Shown in pieces: positions 11,466 through 23,546 of a DNA stretch of 64,000 nt. Position 1 is the first letter of the stretch. Each line of letters begins with the position of its first letter. A program made the position numbers and the translations under genes. The notes under the pieces are model-generated. The model did no database searches. It saw only the letters and a program-made list of their open reading frames with translations, and had not been told where the DNA came from. Source of the DNA: Squalus acanthias (Eukaryota); NCBI GenBank assembly GCA_030390025.1, contig CM059439.1, positions 12,090,001 to 12,154,000 of the forward strand, given 5' to 3'.

Positions 11466-13705
11466 GTAGAAGATGTTAAGGTTGGCTCAGTGTCCCTGAT
11501 CTAGTGACGAAAATCAGCCAGGGTCTCCTATTCTGCTGTAAGTGCATGTGTGTGGACATCTGACTGGGTGTCTCCAGTGGTCAAATTGCCTAGCAACATG
11601 CACTCTCGAGGCTCATGCATTTTATAAAAACAAAAATTGCCAGTCAGGTGAGGTAGCAGCTGGTGGAGGATGGCTGACACCTGTGGAACTGTACGCTAGT
11701 AAAGGCCATGCCCTCGGGGGACAAGGGAGAGCAGAGTAGCAGGAAAAAGGACAAAGGAAAGAAAACCATTATAGATATTCTCTACTTTTAAACCAGAAAC
11801 ATGTCCTGTTACTCCTGCTGTTCGCATGGGTCACACAGCATCTGCCCCATTACATGGTGCCTCTTTTCAACATTGTCTCTACCTTCCTTTTATTCATTTT
11901 TATGGCTGTATTCCACTAACTTTTCTCCATTGTTTTGTCCTTTGACTACGAAAGAACTTTCACCCTCTCTACCCAAGAGGTAGGCAACACGTTCCCAGGT
12001 CTCTTTCTACTGGCCACTTCTTGTTAATTCCTCCTACCACCCTGATCTTTCTTGCCCTTCTGGAGACTGATCCACCTTCCCACTAGACTAGTTGACTTCA
12101 GATTCCTGAATAAGGGAGTTTGTTGCTCAGCCCCAGCCAGCCTGCAGTTAGATGAGCAGCACTAATTTTTCAGTTGCTTTATTTCCACGTTGTGTAGAAC
12201 ATCATTGCTTTCCATAAGCATAATATACAAACTTACTGTTTTTTAAAAAAAAAAGGTTGGCCCTCTGAAACTTGACCATGTTCAAACAAGCATTATTCCA
12301 ATACTGCTATGGTTTGATTCAATGATCTTGCACTTTTTTAAGATGGAAGAACAGTTTTTTCCCACCTTCAAAACAAAACTGCTTTTCAGCAAATCTGCAA
12401 ATGTTGAATTGTTTTGAATTCTAAACTAACTTTTGCCTGTCTACACCTCTCTCTCCTCCCTTTTAAGACGCTCCTTTAAAACCTACCTCTTTGACCAAGC
12501 TTTTGGTCACCTGTCTTAATATCTCCTTATGTGGCTCGGTGTGAAATTCTGTCTGATAACGCTCCTGTGAAGCCCCTTGGGACGTTTTACTACATTAAAG
12601 CCACAGTTATTCTTGCTGATTATAGCCGAGACCCCTTGTAAATTTGTTTAGGCCCTTCTGACCAAAGCCCTTCTCTGTTAGGTTGAAACTTCTAGATCCG
12701 CTTTTTTATTTACTAGTGGATGGAAACTTATTACACCCGACTGTGAAGAGGTTGAGTAAACAAAGCCTCCTCTTGAACCTTGATTTGTCTGTGTCGGAGC
12801 TGAACCTTGCATTTCATGATCTCACGTGGCTACAGTACTTTTAAGGTCGAGAAACTGGAACTGAAATCCAGCTCTTCTAATGTGCTAACGGTCTGAAAGT
12901 AATTGTGATTGTGAGATGCAGCGAATTTCATAGTCGCTACTCTTGGCCAGTAACACGATAAGGCTTTAGAATGGTTGAAGATACAGTCCTCCAGCAAATT
13001 CACTTGAAGTGCAAGAATTAATCTGCAAATGAAAGAGAAATTCAGAGATCCAAACTGGTTAAATAATGGCTGTGTTTTAGGATTAGCTTGGACTTTGGTA
13101 AACCGGCTTCTTGTTTAGGAACAGAGGTTACTAAACATGCATAATTCATATGCTGCAACAGTTGAGAGCTGAGTCATTGGTGTATCCAGTGACGGCTTCA
13201 TTCTGATTCATTTCTTGTATTTATGTGAATGAGTGAGTAACACGTTCTGTTATATAAAAATAATCTAATAACATTTCCCCAGTAGAATCCTCTTGCAGCG
13301 AATTCAAAATCTCAACCAAACTGGCTCAGGAAGGGAGGATGTTTGCAAAGTATTCTGTCAAAAGTGTGGAAATGAGTGGGAAAGGGAAAGTATTGATGCT
13401 TGCCGGAACTTTCAAATTCGGCAAGGACTTAAAACGGGCGCTATCGGATTGGCTGCCGGTTATTCACCCCGCCCGATTTTTTTTCCTCTCCATTCGAAGT
13501 CAAGGGTGCTCGGCACGGGGACCTGAGGAGGGAAAAAAGAATTTACATCTGTCTGTCTTAGCATTTCTCTCAAACTCTCTTGCTCATCATGCAATGCAAA
13601 CAGCTTTGTAATATTTCAGAGTTAAGTCCTCACTTGGATGTATGAATATTTTGATTCGAGCACGATTTGCACTTTTGAATTGTGTTTTGCAGGGTTTCAG
13701 AATAA

Positions 13706-14081
13706 AGAACATAAGAAGTAGGAGCAGGAGTAGGCCATTCGGCCCTTCGAGCCTGCTCCGCCATTCAGTGAGATCATGGCTGATCTTCTGCCTCAATTCC
13801 AAAGGGTCGCCCTTTTAGAACTGAGATGAGGAGGAATTTCTTCTCTCAGAGGGTCGTAAATTTGTGGAATTCTCTGCCCCAGAGAGCCGTGGAGGCTGGG
13901 TCATTAAATACATTTAAGGTGGAGATAGACAGATTTTAACAAGAGAAGGGAGTGAAGGGTTATGGGGAGCGGGCAGGGAAGTGGCTTTGAGCCCTAGATC
14001 AGCCATGATCTTATTGAATGGCGGAGCAGGCTCGAGGGGCCAAGTGGCCTATTCCTGCTCCTATTTCTTATGTTCTTATGT
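13706..14081. mobile_element. Two CR1 3' ends joined head-to-head (other CR1 tail fragments at ~36737-36994, ~39955-40082, ~60290-60475)
   Basis: 13706-13801 on - and 13802-14081 on +, each ending in the (ATGTTCTT)n-type tail. Confidence 0.8.
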
Positions 14082-15524
14082 TTCTGATATTGTCTTTCCT
14101 ATTATTGGAAGCCATTGAAGCCAATTGATTTACACATTTTCTGTCGTGCTGAATATGCTGTTCTTGTACAAAACAGAATTTAATCAGTTAATGTGGCTGG
14201 TAGCAAGTGTGTCATTGGGTTACTGATGACATGCAGCACTGTGCCTATAATTTCTGGGAAGCTAAGTTAAACTAACTGGAGCTGTGCTGTGGCAGATGCA
14301 ATCTGCATGCCTTTGGCAAGTATTCAATACTTTGATGCACTTTGTACTTTTAAAGATCCAGGCTGCTCATGAAGCACTCGAGTCCCAGAGCCCTGCACCC
14401 CAACACGGGATCTGCAGGTGGAGCCCTTTATCCCTGGCTGTATTTATCCCTGTACCCCTTCAGCTGCAACCCTATGGAAAGCATCAGCACATCATTGCGC
14501 AGTTTCATTTCTTAAAAAAATTGCATTGTGTATTTTGTTAGATCAGCGCAACTCTAAGTAATGTTGATGCCAGTGAGTTCTTCAAAGCATCTAGCAGTAG
14601 AAAAATAAATAAAGGCTTCACTGTTGTTTTGAGCATCATGGAAATGTAACATGTTTAAACAGTGGAATAATTCTACTGACTCGCCAAATGCCTTCAGTAG
14701 CCACGTGCATACTTTTAAGCTAGGTTGCTGGATTTTTGACTGGGATGTATCGCCCCCCCCCCTATTGTTCTGGTGTGTGGGCTGTGCATGCACAGTATTC
14801 TATACAGATGTGCTCTGCATGCTAAGAGAGGCCACACACAGTGTATACAAACTGCAAATAGCAGTCAACAAAATTGAAAGATTTTCACATACTTCTGGAT
14901 TTCCCTCTTTTCCCCCTCCCTCGCACAGACACGCATCCTTCCCTGGGCTAAATGAACATCTGAACAACCTGCTTCCAGGTTTCTGCCACTGCTCCTGTCT
15001 AACGGCATGGTAGCGTATGCCAAAAGCAGCCTGTGATGCGGTAACATGCCATCTGGTGTTTCTTTCCCTCGATGGAGAAGTGACCAGCCTCTGCCCAGCA
15101 CCACCATTAGACAGTTGCGTTAAGGCTGGGAATCTGTTTACTGGAGAACCGTAGATGCGAATCTATGTCCCGCCACTTGTCAGTATCCTACGCCACCAGA
15201 CTGCTCTGTAATGAATATATTTTACATCCTTCTCCTAAATGCAGTATGAAAAATCCCCTTGCTACATTGGAATGTTAGCGCACACCTGTAGTAGGTAATC
15301 TGCCTTCACACCTTCTCTTTAAAGGACTGTATGATCACTTTGAGCGAACGGTCTTCCTCACACCGATGCTTCAGTATACAGGGCCTTTTAGCTTGAGGTC
15401 TTTAATTGGAGGCAGCAGAGAGGCCTGAGTTGGAACAATACAATAATATGAAATATTCTCAAGTATGCAGTTGTCCAACAGTACCAGATGGGAGTGAGAG
15501 TGGAGGAGGGAGGGAGAAAGAAAA

Positions 15525-15974
15525 AAGAAAGACTTGCATTTCTATCGCGCCTTTCATGACCACCAGACGCCCCAAAACACTTTACAGCCAATGAAGTACT
15601 TTTTATTTTTAAAGTGTAGTCACTGTTGTAATGTAGGAAACGCAACAGCCAATTCGCGCACAGCAATGTGATAATGACCAGATAAACTGGTTTTTTTGGG
15701 ATGTTGATTGAGGGATAAATATTGGCCAGGACACTGGGGATAACTCTCCTGCTTCTCTTCAAAATAATGCCCTGGGATCTTTTACATCCACCTGAGAGGG
15801 CAGATGGGGCCTCGGTTTAACATCTCATCCGAAAGATGGCACCTCCGACAGTGCAGCACTCCCTCAGCACTGCACTGGAGTGTCGGCCTAGATTTTTGTG
15901 CTCAAGTCTCTGGAGTGGGCCTTGAACCCACAACCTTCTGACTCCGGGGCGAGCGTGCTACCAACTGAGCCACT
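15525..15974 (-). mobile_element. tRNA-derived Deu-domain SINE (SacSINE1/AmnSINE1-like)
   Basis: tRNA-like head with A/B boxes on - (GTGGCTCAGTTGG, GGTTCAAGGCC), Deu core (GAGGGAGTGCTGCACTGTCGGAGGTGCC) and L2-like tail. Other copies: 16918-17332(-), 23020-23122(-), 35935-36225(-), 43836-44161(-), 58830-59210(-). Confidence 0.8.
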
Positions 15975-17798
15975 GGAATGGAATTGTATTGAAAGAATGA
16001 GGAGGACTTGAACCTATGGTAGGTACTCTAGAATTCTTCCTCCTCTGTCTGACCCCTACATATTCCAGGCTACTCCTCTTCTTTCAAAGTTCTTTAGTTT
16101 GGATCATCTGATAATTCCATTCTTTTAAGCATTAAATTCTCACTTTGTTGTGTTAAATTACATTGCTTAATTCAAAAGAGAATAGGAATCTGAGATGGGC
16201 CTGCAATACCATTTCCCTGATTCTCCAACCTAAGTTCAAGTATGGTTCCTCACTGGGAATGTGGAGTCATTGAATTTTTCCCCCAATTCCCAAACCTCAG
16301 CTCACTGAGACCAATTATAGCATCTCTACCACTACATGGGCTAAGATGGCTAAGCATAGACTGGGGATTGAACCCGTGACCTTCTACTTTTGTACGGCTC
16401 AGCTACTTACTGGACACACTTGCTGAGTCATTGGCAGAGCCCATCTATGTTAAGCAGACCCAGGCCTGCACTGGATCTGAAGGAGTTGTTCAGTACACAG
16501 TCAGAGGTTCTAAAACCAAGTAAGGACTTGTTGAAAAGACTGTCTTTGCTGTGATATTGTAAACAATCCTGTTGGGAGCAAACGAGGTGGGCTACAACAT
16601 GACCGCTTATACCCTTGCAACAGAATCTTGGCAGCTGTTTGTATGGAAAGGCGTCACAAGATTCATGACCTCTTTTTGTCAAGCAATCTGAGTTGTGGTG
16701 CAGTGTTACGTTTCATATCTGGGTTTGACTGCAGGTTTAATTTGATGGAATGAAAGTTTCCCTTCTAAGCTGGTTATAAAAGGTCATTTGTGAAATGGGT
16801 TTGGCTAGTCTCCACTTTGTCCAGCAAAAAAATTTACTCATCAGCACCAAATGGGCTGTCTCACTCGGTCCACAATTGCGGGTGTTGTGGGAAATAGAAC
16901 TTAGCACATTAGAATGAAAGAAATACTTGCATTTCTATAGCACCTTTCATGACCTCAGGATGTTCCAAAGCACTTAACAGCCAATGAAGTACTTTTGATG
17001 TTGTAATGTAGGAAACGCAGCAGCCAATTTGCGCACAGCAAGCTCCCACAAACAGCAATATGATAATGACCAGATCATCTGTTTTTGTGATGTTGATTGA
17101 AGGGCAAATATTGGCCAGGACACCGGGGATAACTACCCTGCTCTTCTTTGAAATAGTGTCATGGGATCTGTTACATCCACCTGAGAGAGCAGACGGGGCC
17201 TCGGTGTATCGTCCCATCCGAAAGACAGCACCTCCGACAGTGCAGCACTCCCTCAATACTCCACTGGAGTGTCAGCCTGGATTTTTGTGCTCAAGTCTCT
17301 GCAGTGGGACTTGAACCACAACCACAGCTGACACATTATAAATGGGGTGGGGGGACGTGAATGTCTAATACCATGTAAACCCATTCTGTACCTGCCCTAA
17401 CAAAAATCGATGATATCAGTGAGTGCCTGAAAGGGGAAAGTGTCCCAATTCCTCATGCTAACATTTTTGCCTATATGTGCACAGAAAATTCACCCAAAAA
17501 AAATCAATTGCCTGGTGGCGATATATTTAAAGTGCGACTATTTTAGTAAACTGCCTTGAATTTTGTGGTACATTTTTTCACAGCGTTGATTTTTTTTTTA
17601 ACCACTTGAATTCTAGTGGAAAGCGACTGACATGCGTCAGCATTGTAGAGCATTGAAACATGTCACCAAGGTCTTTTTTTTAAATCGGACAAGAACACAT
17701 CTTCAATCACTGCTCCAATAAAAATAAACTAGGTCGCACAAGTCTCGCCTTTTTAAATTACTGTCGCTACCAATAATGCAAATTGGATTGCTCACAAC

Positions 17799-17954
17799 CA
17801 GTGTTCCCCCTCTCTTTTTTTGGTGCGCGGTTCCTTTAACTGTCTGCGCGGCCCATTCAAATTTTCGCGCAGTTTCTTCCATTGAAAAGCCGGTGAGCAA
17901 CCTGCGCGGGACCGCCAGACAACTGCGTTGCCGTGCACTTTAGCGGGAGCGTTG
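17799..17954. mobile_element. hAT-type MITE
   Basis: 8-bp TSD CTCACAAC at 17791-17798 and 17955-17962; imperfect TIR CAGTGTTCCC / GGGAGCGTTG. Confidence 0.75.
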
Positions 17955-18794
17955 CTCACAACTCATTTCCTCCCCCCACCCCCCCAATAAAAAGATAGTG
18001 TACAAACAAAATCCACATTAAAAGCTAAAATTAATAGAGAAAATTCAAATGATAGAAACAATTTTTTTTTTTAAATGTAACGTGCTGCAAATACACGGCA
18101 GACCATGTTAATGTTTTGGATGTCAATGAAGGGTCAACACCGGAAATGTTTACCATCTCTTTACAGGTCTGCCAGAACCACTGGGTCTTTGCAGCATTTT
18201 CCGCTTTCATTTGTAAAAAGTTAAATGTCGTATGGAAGAGATATTGGTGGGGAAGTGGGGCCAGACTTGTTTTGTCAATAGCACACTGCCCTTTCTCTCT
18301 TCCTGCCGTTTGTACTAATAAAGATGTTCTATTATTGTGCATGTTTCCAATATCTTCAGAACGTCTTCCTTTTTTTGTTCCCTGTTATGTTAAAAACTAT
18401 CTAATCTGTGCAAATATTTGACTTATTTTCTTCAGAAGGACGACCATCACATGACTTCAGTCCATTAATTTTTAACCGCATGGAATGATTTCCAAAATCA
18501 ATCGCCATGTGTTTTGGAAAGCAAAATACTGCAGATGCTAGAAATCTGAAATAAAAAGAGAAAATACTGCGAACACTCAGCAGTTAAGGCAGCATCGAGG
18601 AAGGCAGGGTTAACATTTCAGATTAATGGTCTTTCATCAAACCACCAAGACATCATCTCCGGACAGTCACTGACTTCATCTCTGGAGATCTTCCCACCAT
18701 GGCCTCCAACTTCATTGTCACCCAATCCCGCACAGCCCGCTTCTACCTCCTGCCTCCTCCCTCCTCCTCCAGATCCATAAACAGGACTGTCTGT

Positions 18795-19895
18795 GTACTA
18801 TTACATAGTATTTACAGCACAGAAACAGACCATTCGGGTAACAGGTCTATGCTGGTGTTTGTGTGTCACACGATCCTCCTCCCACTTTGCTTCGTCTCAC
18901 CCTGTCAACATATCCTTCTATCCCTTTCTCTCTCATGTACTTATCCAGCTTCTCCTTTTAAAGGTATCTGTGGTATTCGCCTTAACCACTCCACGTGGTA
19001 GCAAGTTCCACATTCTAACCACTGAGTAAATAAGTTACTCCTGAATTCCTGACTGGATTTATTACTGACTATCTTATGTTTATGGCCCCTAGTTTTGGAC
19101 TCCCCTCATGTCTACCCTATCAAACCCTTTCATAATCTTAAAGACCACTATCAGGTCACCTCTCGGCCTTCTCTTTTTCTAGAGAAAAGAGCCCCAGCTC
19201 TGGTATCATCCTTGTAAATCTTTTTGCACCTTCTCCAGTGCCTCTATATCCTTTCTGTAAAATGGAGACCAGAACTGTGCACAGTACAAGTGTGGTATAA
19301 CCAAGGTTCTATATAAGTTTAACATAATGTCTCTGCTTTTAAATTCTATTCCTCTAGAAATTAACCCCCAGGGCTTTGTTTGCATGTTTTATGGCTTTGT
19401 TAATCTGCGTTGCTACCTTTTTAATGATTTGTGAATCTGTGCCCCTAGATCCCTTTGTGCCTCTTCCCCATTTAGACTCCCTTATTTTCCAAGGATTAGG
19501 TGGCCTCCTTATTCTTCTACCAAAATGCATCACCTCACTTATCTACATTGAAATTTATTTGCCGTTTACACGCCCATTCTGCAAGTTTGATAACGCCCTC
19601 TTGTATTTTGTCGCAGCCTTCCTCAGTATTAACTATACCCCCCTATTTGGTCTCGTCCACAAATTTTGATATTCTACTTCCGATTCCCGAGTCCAAATCA
19701 TTTATGTAAATGGTGAACAGCAGTGGTCCCAGCTCCGCTCCCTGTGGAACACCACTTCCCACCTTCCGTCAGTCTGAGTAGCTACATTTAACTCCTACTC
19801 TCTGTTTTCTGTTTTGTAGCCAGCTTGCTATCCATTCTGCTACTTGACAACGTCCCCTGACTCCATATGCTCTGACCTTAGTCATGAGTCTACTC
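18795..19895 (-). mobile_element. CR1 (HER1-like) LINE fragment inserted into the PLE RT
   Basis: CR1 3' end (cagcacagaaacagaccattcgg) and reverse-strand RT remnants (GVPQG at ~19740-19752); PLE motifs resume on both sides. Confidence 0.8.
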
Positions 19896-20948
19896 CTGAC
19901 CGATTTGTTTCAGCCTGCTCCTGCCCCACATAACTTACTTCCTTTTATTTCGACTCCCAATTTTTTTTCTCCCCTTGTTCAGTCCCGACTCACCTACACC
20001 TGCGACTCTTCTGATGCCCGCCACCATTTCAACCAATTCCACTTTCCTGACCCTAACCGTCACCTTTTCCACCAGGAACATCCAGTCCCTCTGTACCTCC
20101 CTCCCCCACCAGGATGGCCTGTGGGCCCTCCGCTTATTCCTGGAACAGTGGTCCAATCAGTCTCCATCCACCACCACCCTCTTCCGCCTGTCTAAACTTG
20201 TTCTCGCATTGAACAACTAATCCTTTAACTCGATAGCAAAATACTGCGGATGCTGGAAAATTGAAACAACAACCGAAAACGCTGGAAAAACTCAGCAGGC
20301 CAGGCAGCATCCGTGGAGAGAGAAACAGAGTTAACGTTTCAGGTCGATCCTTTAACTCTGCTCGCTTCTTCCAAATGAAAGGTGTTGTTATGGGAACCTG
20401 CATGGGTCCTAGCTCTCGCAAAATACTGCGGATACTGGAAATCTGAAATAAAAACCAAGTGCTGGAAACACTCAGCCGGTCAGGCAGCATCTGTGGAAAG
20501 AGGAAGGTAGGGTTAACGTTTCAGGTTGGTGAACTTTCTTCCAAACTGCTCCTCAGTCTATCCCCAGAGCTGATGATCGCGAAGTCAAGGAAGGGAAGGA
20601 AGAGTCAGAGATGGCCTGTTGTTTCTCTCTCCACAGATGCTGCCTGACATGCTGAGTGTTTCCAGCATTTTCTGTTTTGATTTGGCTCCTAACTGTGACT
20701 GCCTATTTGTAGGTTATGTTAAGCATTCTTTACCCCAGTCCTACTCGGTTCCCCCCTCCCTGACCTCTTCCAGTACATAGATGATCGTACTGGAAGAGGT
20801 ACTTCCTGTTGTTCCCTCGAGCTGGAGAATTTAATTGACCTTTTCTTCACACTTTCACCCCTCACTCACCTTCATGTGGTCCATCTCTGACACTTCCCTT
20901 TCCTTCCTCTCATTCTCTATCACTATCTCTGGGGATAGATCGAGGAGC

Positions 20949-20985
20949 GGTTCTGACGAAAGGTCATCGACCTGAAACGTTAACC
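20949..20985 (+). ncRNA. Minimal type-I hammerhead ribozyme motif in PLE terminal repeat
   Basis: ggtt-CTGACGA-a-AGGTC(atc)GACCT-GAAA-CG-TT-aacc: intact core, helix II, palindromic ACGU helix III, GUU triplet, helix I ggtt/aacc. Confidence 0.75.
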
Positions 20986-21995
20986 CTACCTTCCTCTCTC
21001 AACAGATAATGCCTGACCGGCTGAGTGTTTCCAGCATGTCCTGGTTTTTAATTTGTGTTTTGGGAAGGGTGGTTTAAAGGGTGCACAGTTGTGCATGTCC
21101 CTTTCTTTCACCCCCTTTCCTGTATACATGCTAAGGTCCGACTGAAACACCAGTTGTCACTTGTGCCTTGTTGTCACATGTGCCTTCTAATTTTAATTGC
21201 TGGCACTCTCGTGGTGTAGGATGAATTCAGTTGGGAAGCCATGATCTTCGCGTTACTCTTGGACTTGCTTGGTGTTGTGCCATGCTTGGTCTGTGTGTAA
21301 AAATATAAACCATGGAATTTCAAGACATTGACTTAGGATCAGTGGATTTATTCCATTTTATTTCTGTTCTCCCTTATAATGGTTGTGGTGCTTTTATCAA
21401 ATACTATTATATATGAAATACAAATGATAATCAAAATCTGACACAAAATAGTCGAACTTGGAAATAAAATAGATGCAATTTAAGCATAGAAAATAATTGA
21501 CACTGGCAAGAATTTGCTTGACGTTGTAATTAGAATAGACCCTTGGGCCTGGTTCTGCGGAGGTGAATTTGAAAGCCGCAAATGGTCTGTTTTTGCTTTA
21601 CAGAAGAATCCTGATGGCTTAATCTGTGCTCATTAGTCCAATGTCTGTTGCCTGAGTGGAGCAGAGTGGGTGGGATGGAGCTGGTGCTGTACTGTGTGGA
21701 GCTGCTGGCTCTAGCCAGTCTGCTGAAAGTAGCTTTACCATGAAGCAAGCTCCAGAGCTGGGTTACTTGTTGTGGACGGTACTACTATGGCACCAATTGA
21801 AAGTAGAGATTCTTTTCTTTTTCATAACGACGACAGTCGAATGTCAGACGTTCTGTCCACTCCCGCCTCCAACTACCAGTATCAATGAGGGATCGTTCAT
21901 CTGTTGGGGCACGCGTCTCAAAACAAAACCATTTGGATATCACGCTAATTATGTAACATGCAGTTCCTGCTCTCCTATCTCTCCCGCCCACGCCC

Positions 21996-22580
21996 CCTGC
22001 TCCCCCCAGCTCTCCTTCCCCACCCCCCTCCAGCTCTCCTCCCCGCCCCCCCACTCCAGCTCTCCTCCCCGCCCCCCCACTCCAGCTCTCCTTCCCTTCC
22101 CCCCCCCACTCCAGCTCTCCTTCCCCCCCCCCCACTCCAGCTCTCCTTCCCCCCCCCCCCCCACTCCAGCTCTCCTTCCCCCCCCCCACTCCAGCTCTCC
22201 TCCCCCCGCCCCCCCCACTCCAGCTCTCCTCCCCCCCCCTCCAGCTCTCCTTCCCCCCCACTCCAGCTCTCCTTCCCCCCCCCCCTCCAGCTCTCCTTCC
22301 CCCCCCCCCCCTCCTCCAGCTCTCCTTCCCCCCCCCCCTCCAGCTCTCCTCCCCCCCCCCCCCCACTCCAGCTCTCCTTCTCTTCCCCCCCCCCCCCCTC
22401 CAGCTCTCCTTCCCCCCCCCCCCACTCCAGCTCTCCTTTCTCCCCCCCCCCCCCCCCCCCCCACTCCAGCGCTCCTTCCCCTCGCTCTCCTTTCCCCTTC
22501 CCTCCCCCCTCGCTCTCCTTTCCCCTCCGCTCTCGCTTTCTTTTCCTCTCCCCCCCCCCCACCCCCCCCAGCTCTCCTTT
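21996..22580. repeat. C-rich variable tandem repeat (CCAGCTCTCC(T)T-Cn-(A)CT)n
   Basis: More than 20 copies of CCAGCTCTCC separated by C-runs of variable length. Confidence 0.95.
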
Positions 22581-23546
22581 ATCCTCCACCCTCAATTATA
22601 TTATGATGGGGGTAAATTGTCTTCCGTCAGTGGCTTAACCAAAATGCTGCCTGTGATTTGTCAAATTATGACCCATGGAAAAGTATTCCTGTTTGTGGGG
22701 ATAAAAACAAATGTTTTGAGACAGTTACATATAGCGGAATTGTACAGAAATCTTCAGATAAGAAGAAGAAAAGTTAAGGTACAATTCGAGAAAAAATTGC
22801 AGATACTACTTGGGACATTTGAGCAACTGGGTACACGATAACACACGCAGGCAATGAATTAACTGTCCAATGACCACCCTATGGCTGGAGGTTTATCAGC
22901 TTTATTCTTGCATCTGTTGACCAGTTTTTAAGACCATATATTGTACACCACTTTGAGAGTCAATGTTGATACTGCCTCGAAGCCATATGATGATTATCGG
23001 AATGGGAACTGTAAAAAGAAAGAAAGACTTGCATTTATATAGCGCCTTTCACGACCACCGGACGTCTCAAAGCGCTTTGCAGTCAATGAAGTACTTTTGG
23101 AGTGTAGTCACTGTTGTAATGCTGCATTATTGCCGACCTGCCTGGCACTACAAGTAAAGATAGTGAGACAGATGACCTTTTGGGGAAAAAGTTCAATTGT
23201 AATCTGGTACCCAGAAGTATATGGCAGTAACCCCATTCAAGGATGATATCAATCTCGTACTGTGAAAGTAAAGTTTGAGTGGTTTATAATCAATGTCAGA
23301 AACCCATGATGCTTACTACCATTTTTAAAAGTTCCACGTATTTATCACTTTACAACACATACTGTGGAGATTAGATGATTTTAATGCTGTTGTCACGGTG
23401 ACCTGGCCAAAATTCTCCATCCATTTGGACATCCACATGAAAGGAGTAACAAATGGGATGGAACCTCGGCAAATTTATTATAAGATTTATGTGCAGAAAT
23501 TAACAGCCTGTGTATATTACTGTGACTACTTTTTTAAACTCATTTT

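Larger units (their letters stand above)
18518..21053 (+). mobile_element. Degenerate Penelope-like retroelement (RT relic with inverted hammerhead-bearing termini), interrupted by a CR1 and two PLE-terminus insertions
   Basis: RT fragments in correct order: TARFYLLP..IHKQD (18700-18790), SLCTSLPHQDGLWAL..LVLALNN (20080-20220), FFQMKGVVMGTCMGPS (20365-20412), YIDD (~20775), FL(D) (~20900). Terminal repeat on - at 18518-18640 and on + at 20945-21053. Flanking direct repeat TGTGTTTTGG at 18508-18517 and 21054-21063. Confidence 0.8.

Noticed and set aside
1160-15354. Recurring ACGGTCT/AGACCGT word (near 1161, 5519, 10971, 12888, 15348)
   Set aside because: No shared flanking context or regular spacing; not distinguishable from chance without statistics.
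15900-15974. tRNA gene candidates (A/B boxes here and at ~46165-46235)
   Set aside because: They are heads of tRNA-derived SINEs continuing into SINE body sequence, not cloverleaf tRNAs.
18079-18212. Possible additional hammerhead (caatgaagggtcaacaccggaaatgtt)
   Set aside because: Probably an old PLE terminus, but the CUGANGA core and helices are mutated, so it is not called as a ribozyme.
21656-22638. Long Pro-rich and Gly-rich ORFs (171-316 aa) on both strands
   Set aside because: Artefacts of the stop-free C-rich tandem repeat.
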